Positions 18,550 through 26,857 of a stretch of 51,848 bases of DNA are shown in pieces. The notes under the pieces are model-generated. The model had not been told where the DNA came from and did no database searches. It saw only the letters and a list, made by a program, of their open reading frames with translations. How positions within the stretch are numbered: position 1 is the first letter of the stretch; every line of letters begins with the position of its first letter. The translations under genes and the position numbers were made by a program. Location: assembly GCA_035485095.1 (NCBI GenBank), contig DATHOI010000386.1, positions 1 through 51,848 on the forward strand, in the 5' to 3' direction. Source of the stretch: Polyangiaceae bacterium. GTDB lineage: Bacteria > Myxococcota_A > Polyangia > Polyangiales > Polyangiaceae.

Positions 18550-21138
18550 TCACGCGGACCAGACCGGCAGACGAATCTTCTTCGCCTCGACCAGCGCGCG
18601 TTTCTCGGTCCAAGACGCCGGCCGGTGCTGCTCGCGCTCGCGCACGAACACGACGCTCGGGTCGGGCGTATCCGAGTTCACGAACGCCCGAAAGCCACGC
18701 AATTTCTGGGGATTTTCCAGCGTTGTCTTCCACTCGCAGCGGTACGTGCCGACGATGCGCGCCATATCCGCTTCGAGCTCCGCACAAATGCCGAGCTTGT
18801 CCTCGATGACCACGCCCTTCAAGTACTCGATGCCACCCTCGAGATTGTTCAACCACGAGGCAGTGCGCTGCAGGCGATCCGCCGTCCGCACGTAGAACAT
18901 CAAGAAGCGATCGAGGTACCGGACGAGCGTCGGCTCGTCGATGTCCGTGGCGAGCAGCACGGCGTGTTGCGGCTTCATGCCGCCATTGCCGCAAACGTAC
19001 AGGTTGTAGCCCTTTTCCGTCGCTATTATGCCAAAATCCTTGCTTTGAGCTTCGGCACATTCGCGTGCGCAACCCGACACGCCGCCCTTCAGCTTGTGCG
19101 GCGCGCGGAGACCCTTGTAGCGGTTCTCGATGCGCACTGCTGCTCCCACGGAATCCTGCACGCCATACCGACACCAGGTGCTGCCGACACAGGATTTTAC
19201 GGTGCGGAGGGCTTTGCCGTAGGCGTGGCCCGACTCGAAGCCCGCCGCGACGAGCTCCCTCCAGATCCCGGGCAGCTGATCGAGGCGCGCTCCGAACATG
19301 TCGATGCGCTGGCCACCGGTGACTTTGGTGTAAAGGCCGTATTTCTTGGCCACGAGCCCGAGCGTAATTAGCTGATCCGGGGTCACTTCACCGCCTGCCA
19401 AGCGAGGCACGATCGAGTACGTGCCGTCTCGCTGAATGTTCGCGAGGTAGCGATCATTGGTATCTTGCAGACCGACGTGCTCACGCCGCAGCACGTACTC
19501 GTTCCAAGTGGAGGCCAGGATGGACGCCACCGCGGGCTTGCACACCTCACACCCCTGACCGGTGCCGTGCCGCTCGATCAGCTCGTCGAACGAATGCAAC
19601 TCGTGGATACGCACCAGGTGAGCGAGCTCTTGACGGCTGTGCGGGAAGTGCTCGCACAAATGATTGTTCACGGCGACGCCCGCACGCTTCAGTTCGTGCT
19701 TGAGGAGCTGGTCCACGAGCGACACGCACGACCCACAACCGGTGCCGGCCTTGGTGCACGATTTCACGCCGGAAATCGCCGTGATCTTCTGGTCGCGGAT
19801 GGCGCCGCAGATGCTCTGCTTGTCCACGTTGTGGCACGAGCAGATGATCGCAAGATCGGGCAATGCGTCCACACCAAAGCCCGATTTACCGCCCTCGCGC
19901 GGCGGGAGCACCAGATCTTCGGGGTGCTCCGGCAGCGTCATGCCGGTCTGCACGTGCGCCAGCAGTTGGCTGTACGCCGAAGCGTCTCCGACCAGCACGC
20001 CACCCAGCAGCTGTTGTTTATCGGCCGAGACGACGAGCTTCTTGTACAACGAGGACGCGCCGTCGAAGATGCTGATCACGCGCGAGCCCGGCGTGACAGC
20101 GAAGGCATCACCGAAGCTCCCGACGTCGACTCCAAGCAGCTTCAACTTGGTGCTCATGTCGAAGCCTTGAAACGCGACCGCATCCCCCGCGAGCGTCGCC
20201 GCCGCAACGTCTGCCATGCGGTAGCCGGGTGCGACCAAGCCGTACGTCTTGCCCTCGAATACGGCGCACTCACCAATCGCGAAAATATGCGGGTCGCTCG
20301 TGCGGCACGCGCCGTCGATGGCCACGCCACCGCGCTCGCCCAGCGCGAGCCCCGACGCGCGGGCAAGCTCGTCCCGAGGGCGAATACCCGCGGAAAACAC
20401 CACCATTTCGACGGGGAGCTCAGACCCGTCCGCGAAGCGCAGCGCCGATACGCGGCCGTCGTCTCCGGCCAGGATTTCGCGCGTGCTGGTGCCGAGGTGC
20501 ACACGCACACCGAGCTCTTCGATTCGCGCGCGCAGCACGCCAGCTCCCACGTCATCGACCTGCAGCGGCATGAGTCGCGACGCGAATTCGATCACATGCG
20601 TCTCGAGCCCGAGGGACAGGAGGGCCTTCGCTGCTTCCAAGCCAAGCAGCCCGCCACCGATCACCGCGGCGCGCTTCGCGCTGCCGGACGCGTCGCGAAT
20701 CGCCTCCAGATCGTCGATGGTGCGATACACGAAGCAGCCCGGCTGGTCCTTACCCGGGATGGGCGGCACGAACGGGTACGACCCGGTGGCAAGTACCAGC
20801 TCGTCATACGCAAGCTCGCCGCCTGACGCGAACCGAACGCGCTGCGCCGCGCGATCGAGCGCCGTGATGGCCTCGCCGCGCACGATGTCGAGGCCGAAGC
20901 CCTCGTATTGGCCGTCGCTGACCAACGACAAATCCGCGTCTGTCTTGCCTTCGAACCACTTCGACAGGTTCACTCGGTCATAAGCCAGACGCGTCTCCTC
21001 GGAGACGACGGTCGTCGCAAATTGCCGCAAAATACCGCGTTCTGCGGCCGCCTCGATGAAGCGGTGCCCCACCATCCCGTTGCCGACGACGACCAAACGC
21101 GGACGTGGCTCGATGCTCTCGAAGATACTCTTGGTCAA
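18550..21138 (-). CDS. nirB: Nitrite reductase (NADH) large subunit
   Basis: VVGNGMVG, two BFD-like Cys clusters, LQDTNDRYLANIQRDGTYS, and siroheme/4Fe-4S ligands KSCVGSTWC and SGCARECAEA. Confidence 0.95.
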   Translation of the reverse strand: MTKSIFESIEPRPRLVVVGNGMVGHRFIEAAAERGILRQFATTVVSEETRLAYDRVNLSKWFEGKTDADLSLVSDGQYEGFGLDIVRGEAITALDRAAQRVRFASGGELAYDELVLATGSYPFVPPIPGKDQPGCFVYRTIDDLEAIRDASGSAKRAAVIGGGLLGLEAAKALLSLGLETHVIEFASRLMPLQVDDVGAGVLRARIEELGVRVHLGTSTREILAGDDGRVSALRFADGSELPVEMVVFSAGIRPRDELARASGLALGERGGVAIDGACRTSDPHIFAIGECAVFEGKTYGLVAPGYRMADVAAATLAGDAVAFQGFDMSTKLKLLGVDVGSFGDAFAVTPGSRVISIFDGASSLYKKLVVSADKQQLLGGVLVGDASAYSQLLAHVQTGMTLPEHPEDLVLPPREGGKSGFGVDALPDLAIICSCHNVDKQSICGAIRDQKITAISGVKSCTKAGTGCGSCVSLVDQLLKHELKRAGVAVNNHLCEHFPHSRQELAHLVRIHELHSFDELIERHGTGQGCEVCKPAVASILASTWNEYVLRREHVGLQDTNDRYLANIQRDGTYSIVPRLAGGEVTPDQLITLGLVAKKYGLYTKVTGGQRIDMFGARLDQLPGIWRELVAAGFESGHAYGKALRTVKSCVGSTWCRYGVQDSVGAAVRIENRYKGLRAPHKLKGGVSGCARECAEAQSKDFGIIATEKGYNLYVCGNGGMKPQHAVLLATDIDEPTLVRYLDRFLMFYVRTADRLQRTASWLNNLEGGIEYLKGVVIEDKLGICAELEADMARIVGTYRCEWKTTLENPQKLRGFRAFVNSDTPDPSVVFVREREQHRPASWTEKRALVEAKKIRLPVWSA

Positions 21139-21171
21139 GACGGATTTCCTTGCGACGCTGGGACAGTCGAA

Positions 21172-22545
21172 TCAGGCCTGCACGCCGGCTAGGCTCGGCA
21201 TACGCGAAGTGAGAAACGACCGACGCAGGTAACACCACCAGGTCGTGCCCACGCAGGTCAGGTAGAACGCGATGAACCAAGAGACCGCCAGCGTTGCGCC
21301 ACCGGTTGCTTTGATCGACGCGCCGAACGCGCGCGGAATGAAGTAGCCGCCCAGCGCGCCAATCGCCGCCACCACACCGATCACCGCGGCGGTCTCGCGA
21401 CGCGCAACGAGCATCGCCTCGGCGAGCGCGCGCTCACCCTCCCCCTGGACACGCTTGGCGTGAAAGGATCGGAAGATCACCGGGATCATCCGGAAGGTCG
21501 CGCCATTGCCGACACCGGTCGTGACGAACAACACCAGGAATGCCAAGAGAAACAGCCCGAATGCCTTGACCTCGAGCGAATAGAGCAAAGCCATCGTCGC
21601 GAGTGTCATGGCAACGAAGTTCCAGAACGTGACCTTCGCGCCACCGATGCGATCCGCCAATTTACCCCCCAGCGGCCTGGCAATCGACCCGACCAGCGCG
21701 CCCAAGAACGCCAGATTGGCCGTCACTTCCGGAAATTGCGTCTTCATGAGCAGCGGGAAAGCAGCCGAAAAACCCACGAAGGAACCGAACGTGCCGATGT
21801 ACAGCCAGGCCATGATCCAAGTGTGGCGACGCTGCGCAACGACCAATTGATCCTTGAAATTCGAGCGCGCCGACGTGAGGTTGTTCATGAACGCGAACGC
21901 GCCCGCGACGGCCAGCACGATCAACGGTAACCAGAGCAACCCCGCGTTCTCGAGGTGCAACTTTTTGCCGGCGCTGGTGGGCAAGAGCGAGTAACCCACG
22001 ACGATAGGGACGAGTAGTTGCACCGTGCTCACCCCGATGTTGCCACCCGCGGCGTTCAACCCGAGCGCAAAGCCCTTCTCCTTGTCAGGGAAGAAGAAGG
22101 AGATGTTGGCCATGCTCGAGGAGAAATTGCCGCCACCAAAGCCTGCGGTTGCAGCCGCAGTCGCCATCAACCAAAACGGCGTATCCGGCCGATTCACGAA
22201 GTAGATCAAGGACAGTGTCGGGATGAAGAGCAAGAGCGCGCTGACCATCGTCCAATTGCGCCCGCCGAATTTCGGGACTGCGAACGTGTACGGAAAGCGC
22301 ATCAGCGCGCCCACGAGTCCGGGAATGGCCACGAGCTGAAAGAGCTGGTCGGTCGTGTAGTGAAAGCCGACTTGCTTCAGCCGCGCGGCCACCACGCTCC
22401 AGATGAGCCAGACCGAAAAGCCGATATTTTCCGCCAAAATCGACCAAGTGAGGTTTCGCCAGGCCACCTTCTTGCCGGTGCTCGCCCAGAACACTGGGTC
22501 ATCCGGGCTCCACTCCGATATCCACGATTTCGATGCCTTGATCAT
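21172..22545 (-). CDS. narK: Nitrate/nitrite MFS transporter (NarK/NasA family)
   Basis: Nitrate signature AGFGGGNFSSSM, plus GLNAAGGNIG, LYIGTFGSFVGF and TGVGNGATFRMIP. Confidence 0.92.
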   Translation of the reverse strand: MIKASKSWISEWSPDDPVFWASTGKKVAWRNLTWSILAENIGFSVWLIWSVVAARLKQVGFHYTTDQLFQLVAIPGLVGALMRFPYTFAVPKFGGRNWTMVSALLLFIPTLSLIYFVNRPDTPFWLMATAAATAGFGGGNFSSSMANISFFFPDKEKGFALGLNAAGGNIGVSTVQLLVPIVVGYSLLPTSAGKKLHLENAGLLWLPLIVLAVAGAFAFMNNLTSARSNFKDQLVVAQRRHTWIMAWLYIGTFGSFVGFSAAFPLLMKTQFPEVTANLAFLGALVGSIARPLGGKLADRIGGAKVTFWNFVAMTLATMALLYSLEVKAFGLFLLAFLVLFVTTGVGNGATFRMIPVIFRSFHAKRVQGEGERALAEAMLVARRETAAVIGVVAAIGALGGYFIPRAFGASIKATGGATLAVSWFIAFYLTCVGTTWWCYLRRSFLTSRMPSLAGVQA

Positions 22546-22651
22546 ACGCGAGCTCCTGTGAGTTTCTCAGTCTGAGATGACGGAACGCGAGCACAGCCTC
22601 CGCCGCAGCGTGCCGTAACGCGGACAAAAATTTCAGAATTCGATTGAACCG

Positions 22652-23536
22652 TTAGTGACGAAGAGCGTCGCTGGCCGAGCGTCGCTCAGCGCCTTCTTTC
22701 ATGTCGAGGTATCTCATCAGCGCCATCACGAGCGGGCCCATCTTCGGGTGTTCGGGCATCACGTGCGGGCGCACACCGTGAACTTCGATGATCGCGCGGC
22801 AAGTCGGACCGACCGCTGCGACGATCACGTCGTTCCGCAACGCGTCGACCAGCTCGCGACCCAGATCCAGGCGCTCGGCGATTTGATACAAGTGCCGAAA
22901 CTGGATTTGGCAGGTCACCGCCAGCGCATCGATGTCGCGCGCGACGATGCGCCGCACCAGCGCTTCGATGGCTGTGCAGTCGGATGGGAGTTGCCATTGG
23001 TATAGCCAAAATTCCGTCAAATTTGCGCGCCGGGCGAGCAGCGTCTCGGACAGCGTCTCGCTGCGTTCACCATAGTTGAAGAGCAGCACACCGCGCCCGC
23101 TCAGCTCCAACTCGCTGAACGCGTCGATCAACTCCGCGGCGGTGAATGGTTCGCGTGCGCTCAGCGTGGGCGGTACGCCAAAGCCACGCAGCGCGGCAGT
23201 CGGCTTCGGACCGCGACAGACCGTCGTCGCGACGCGCAATGACGCGACGAGCTCGGCGTGCCGCCCCAATTCCTGCGCGAGCTCGAACAACAACGAGACC
23301 GCAACGCCGGTCATGAAGATCACGACCTCGTGCTGACCTGCTGCGAGCTCGTCCAGCAAACCGCGAATCGCCTCCGCTTGGACGTGGGGGGCTTCTTGCA
23401 CAGCCGGCACGCACAGCGGGGCGCCGCCATGCTTCTCCACCAAGCGCGACAGCTCACTCTTCATTCGCGACTCGAGCAGCGCCACTACCGGGCGGCTTCT
23501 GCCCGGGCTCTTCACTCGTAGTGGCGCTGTCGTCAT
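22652..23536 (-). CDS. hemD: Uroporphyrinogen-III synthase (HemD/HEM4)-like protein
   Basis: VALLESRM, VVIFMTGVAV, CRGPKP, YQWQLP, AAVGPTC and PKMGPLV. Fits the siroheme demand of NirB. Confidence 0.75.
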   Translation of the reverse strand: MTTAPLRVKSPGRSRPVVALLESRMKSELSRLVEKHGGAPLCVPAVQEAPHVQAEAIRGLLDELAAGQHEVVIFMTGVAVSLLFELAQELGRHAELVASLRVATTVCRGPKPTAALRGFGVPPTLSAREPFTAAELIDAFSELELSGRGVLLFNYGERSETLSETLLARRANLTEFWLYQWQLPSDCTAIEALVRRIVARDIDALAVTCQIQFRHLYQIAERLDLGRELVDALRNDVIVAAVGPTCRAIIEVHGVRPHVMPEHPKMGPLVMALMRYLDMKEGAERRSASDALRH

Positions 23537-23549
23537 CTCTCTCCCCTTC

Positions 23550-23565
23550 AGCAACCTCCGTGCCA
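23550..23565 (-). promoter_or_regulatory. Sigma-54 promoter of the hemD-narK-nirBD cluster
   Basis: TGGCACGGAGGTTGCT, a consensus -24/-12 element. Confidence 0.8.
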
Positions 23566-23639
23566 CGAGCGCCGAAAGTGAGGAATTTTGCGGCTTTCAA
23601 GGTCGCGAAACCTCACGGAAATCGGCCATTGCCTAGATG

Positions 23640-23657
23640 TCCGACAAAATTGTCGGA
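23640..23657. promoter_or_regulatory. Palindromic upstream activator site 1
   Basis: TCCGACAA-AA-TTGTCGGA. Confidence 0.7.
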
Positions 23658-23669
23658 AAGGGCTGCCGC

Positions 23670-23689
23670 GACCGACAATCTTGTCGGTC
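23670..23689. promoter_or_regulatory. Palindromic upstream activator site 2
   Basis: GACCGACAA-TC-TTGTCGGTC; its centre is 31 bp from that of site 1. Confidence 0.7.
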
Positions 23690-23794
23690 ACGCCTGATGT
23701 TTTGGCTGCGTTTCAAGCTGATCCGGCGCGCGGAGTTTGTCCTAGCTCCCGCGCAGTAACCGAGCGCCAATGCGGCTCGCAGCGTGAACGAGAC

Positions 23795-23810
23795 CCGACA
23801 AATTTGTCGG
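23795..23810. promoter_or_regulatory. Palindromic upstream activator site 3
   Basis: Perfect 16-bp palindrome CCGACAAATTTGTCGG. Confidence 0.7.
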
Positions 23811-23815
23811 ACTGC

Positions 23816-25387
23816 TCAGCGTCGGAAGCGGTCGAGGGCGATGCCGAGCTTTCGGATCTTGTAACGCATGACGCGCTCGGTGGTGCCGAGCGCGCGCGCC
23901 GCCGCGACCGTACTGCCGCCCTCCGCTTCCAGCGCTTCTTCGATCAGCTGCCGTTCGAGACGCTCCACCGCCTCGAGTAGAGTCAGCTTTTCCTTTCCGG
24001 CGGCCAAAGCTCGCAGCGCCTCCGGCAGGTCCGACTCTTGAATCACCGAGCCCTTGCAAACGACGACCGCGCGCTCAATCACGTTCTCGAGCTCCCGAAC
24101 GTTGCCCGGGAACTGTTGACGGCACAGCACGTCCATCGCCGCATTCGAGATGCGTCCGATCTTGCGCTGGTGCTCGGCCGTGAATTTCCGCATGAAATAC
24201 TCGGCGAGCGCCGGAATGTCCGCCGGTCGATCGCGCAGCGACGGCAACGTGATGGTGAAGATATTGATCCGGTAATACAGATCTTCGCGAAACGCGCCGC
24301 TGGCCACGGCGCGCTCGATGTCGACGTTAGTGGCGGCCACGATACGCACGTCCGGGCGCAGAGTCTCGGTGCCCCCTAGCCGCTCGAACTCTCGAAACTG
24401 CAGCACCCGCAGCAGCTTGGCCTGCGTGGTCAAGGGTAGCTCGCCGATTTCGTCGAGGAATAGCGTGCCACCTTGGGCGAGCTCGAAACGCCCTTTTTTC
24501 CGGGCGTGCGCGCCGGTGAACGCACCGCGCTCATGGCCGAACAGCTCGGACTCGAAGAGTGATTCCGGGAGCGCCGCGCAGTTGACCTTGATGAAGGGCT
24601 GATTCGCGCGCTGTGAGTTTTGGTGGATGGCGCGAGCGACGAGCTCCTTGCCGGTCCCTGATTCACCGCGCAGCAAGGCGGTCGCGTTGGTGCGCGCCAC
24701 CTGGCTCACTTGTTCGTAGATCTGCCGCATGACCGCGCTTTCGCCGATCATGTTGGCGTATTCGAACTGTGTGGCAGCGGCGTTCGCCCCGTGCTCCGCG
24801 GCCGCAGCGGCGTCTAGCGCGGTTTCGTGCTCGACGCGCATGGCCTTGCCGATCAGGCCGGCAACAACGTCGAGCACGCCGAGCCGTTCACTGAAACCGC
24901 CCGGATCGCGGTGACGGAAGTAGGCGCACAAGGCGCCGAGGCAGCGCCCGCGGCCAGTGACCGGCACCGCAACCAGATTCCACCCCGGATCGGACCAGCG
25001 AGTGAGATCGGATATCTCGGACAGCGCCATCGGGTCATGACGAAGCACGGGCACGACCACCGGCTGGCCCGTGGCCGCGACGCGCCCGGCGGCGCCCGCG
25101 GAGTAACGCGCGTGGAAGGCGTCCGGATCCAAGCCGTGCGAGGCGCTGACCGTGACCGCGCGGGTTTCGCCGTCGGCAGAATAAACGACCGAACGTCCTG
25201 CTCCCAAGCGCCGCTCGAGCACTCGCAACGCTGCGCCGAGCCTTGCCTCGAGCGCTCCGGACGCCGCGAGCTCACGCCCCACCTCAGCGACGGCGATCAG
25301 TACCTCAGGAGACGGACCTCTGGGCGGGGCGCTGACGCGACGGTCGCCGGCAACGGCGAGTTGGCTTTTCATCGGCAGTTTGAGCAT
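23816..25387 (-). CDS. Sigma-54-dependent enhancer-binding protein, GAF-AAA+-HTH (NifA-like architecture)
   Basis: N-terminal GAF domain, Walker [39 protein letters not shown] and [20 protein letters not shown]. Start uncertain (25438/25387/25372). Confidence 0.92.
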   Translation of the reverse strand: MLKLPMKSQLAVAGDRRVSAPPRGPSPEVLIAVAEVGRELAASGALEARLGAALRVLERRLGAGRSVVYSADGETRAVTVSASHGLDPDAFHARYSAGAAGRVAATGQPVVVPVLRHDPMALSEISDLTRWSDPGWNLVAVPVTGRGRCLGALCAYFRHRDPGGFSERLGVLDVVAGLIGKAMRVEHETALDAAAAAEHGANAAATQFEYANMIGESAVMRQIYEQVSQVARTNATALLRGESGTGKELVARAIHQNSQRANQPFIKVNCAALPESLFESELFGHERGAFTGAHARKKGRFELAQGGTLFLDEIGELPLTTQAKLLRVLQFREFERLGGTETLRPDVRIVAATNVDIERAVASGAFREDLYYRINIFTITLPSLRDRPADIPALAEYFMRKFTAEHQRKIGRISNAAMDVLCRQQFPGNVRELENVIERAVVVCKGSVIQESDLPEALRALAAGKEKLTLLEAVERLERQLIEEALEAEGGSTVAAARALGTTERVMRYKIRKLGIALDRFRR

Positions 25388-25498
25388 GACATGCGGTCCT
25401 GCTCCGGAGTGTTTCCGAATTGTAACGAATTTCAGCACCGGCTCTGAGCGAGCCTGGCAGACGAACAGAGCCCGCGAGTGCGGCAGCCTCCACGCGCG

Positions 25499-26857
25499 TT
25501 ACTTCGCGCTCGCCGCACTCTTCGCGCTGTCCGCCGGCTCGGGCGTCGAAACCTCGGAACCCGGGTTCTGGTCTCCGTGACGGATGTTTTGGGCCTTCTC
25601 GTGCGTGCTCGTTTGAGTGTCGGCGTCACTCGGAGGGTGTGACTCCGAGCTGGACTTATCGCCCGCGGCGCCAGCGCCGGAGGGAGTCTTCTTGGCATCG
25701 ACCGGCTGAATCGCGTCGCCGTCCTCCAGCTCGACTGGGACGTTGATCCCGATCTGGTCGCCCGGATTCACGCCTCGCAAAATCCGCACATTCTTGCCGT
25801 CTGTCGTGCCCAGCTCGACTTCCGAAAAGTGCACGCGCTTGTCTTTCACGATGGCGACCAGCGTTTTACCATCGCGAATCGCCAAAGCTTCGTTCGGTAC
25901 GTACGGTGAGCTCCCGGAGTGGATCTGCAAGCGAGCGTGCACCGTCGTGCCCGGGAGCACGCCCCAAGTCCGGTTATCGATCACGACTTCACACTGCATA
26001 CGCCGCGTTCGTTGATCCAACGCGGCGGCGCAACGGGTGATGTCTGCGTGGATCTGTTTCTCTGGCAGCTCGTCCTGCCACAGCACGACGTGATCGCCGC
26101 CTTTGACGAACGGTGCCGCGTCTTGCCCGACGTACACGAAGATGCGCAATTTGTCGACGCGAGCCACATCGACGATCGGCTGAGCGCTGACTGTCGCGCC
26201 CGTGGCGGCAGGCAGCAGCGCGCCGGGGTCTACGTAGCGCGCGGTGACCACTCCCTCGAACGGCGCGCGCACGGATTCATACCCACTCACGTAGTTCAGC
26301 CGTCGGAGGGTTGCTTGCGCCATGCGCTCGTCGTTCTCCGCGCTCTCCTTGTCGGCCTCGGAGATGATCCCGGGGGTGACGAGGCGCCGCGCGCGTTCAG
26401 CATTGATGTGCTTGATGATCGCGTCAGAGCGCGCCGAAATGACGTCCTCGTCGTTCTCTGGAGATTGAATGACGCCAAGGACTTGCCCTTCGGCGACATG
26501 GTCTCCACGCTCCACGCGGATCGACTGCAAATAGCCGGATATTTTTGCGTACAGCGTGATTTGCTCATAACCGTGCACGTCGCCAGGCAGGGTCAGGTCA
26601 CGGTCACGGACCGAAGCCTGAACCTCGAGCACCGCTAACTTCGGACCCAGTTTTTCGGTGGCTTCACGCTGTTTTCGATCTTTGGCCTCGGCGCGCCGTG
26701 AGAAAAACCAGGCGAGCACGAGCACGACCGCCGCGACCGAGACCAAGGCACTCGTGACCACGTACAGGATGCGCTTGGCTCGTGGGGATGGCTTGGGGAG
26801 CTCGTGCTTCCCAGGCTCGGCGCCGGGGTTTTCTTTCGGTTGCTCGGCTTCGGTCAT
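25499..26857 (-). CDS. RND efflux membrane-fusion (periplasmic adaptor) protein
   Basis: One TM segment and lipoyl-like motifs LYAKISGYL..V.RGD.V..GQ.L and RAPFEGVVTAR; ATGA overlap with the RND gene. Confidence 0.9.
   Translation of the reverse strand: MTEAEQPKENPGAEPGKHELPKPSPRAKRILYVVTSALVSVAAVVLVLAWFFSRRAEAKDRKQREATEKLGPKLAVLEVQASVRDRDLTLPGDVHGYEQITLYAKISGYLQSIRVERGDHVAEGQVLGVIQSPENDEDVISARSDAIIKHINAERARRLVTPGIISEADKESAENDERMAQATLRRLNYVSGYESVRAPFEGVVTARYVDPGALLPAATGATVSAQPIVDVARVDKLRIFVYVGQDAAPFVKGGDHVVLWQDELPEKQIHADITRCAAALDQRTRRMQCEVVIDNRTWGVLPGTTVHARLQIHSGSSPYVPNEALAIRDGKTLVAIVKDKRVHFSEVELGTTDGKNVRILRGVNPGDQIGINVPVELEDGDAIQPVDAKKTPSGAGAAGDKSSSESHPPSDADTQTSTHEKAQNIRHGDQNPGSEVSTPEPADSAKSAASAK

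Noticed and set aside
22565-22616. Internal sigma-54 promoter or ANTAR hairpins before narK
   Set aside because: CGGCACGCTGCGGC has GG-N9-GC spacing. Only a single TCTCAG-T-CTGAGA palindrome is seen, not a dual hexaloop, and there is no ANTAR protein in the window.
23640-23810. CRISPR-like repeats
   Set aside because: The units are 16 bp with irregular spacing (31 and 123 bp) and no cas genes; they are better explained as operator sites.
23816-25387. Calling the activator nifA or inferring nitrogen fixation
   Set aside because: No nif genes are in the window and the nearby sites are not TGT-N10-ACA; only the architecture is shared.
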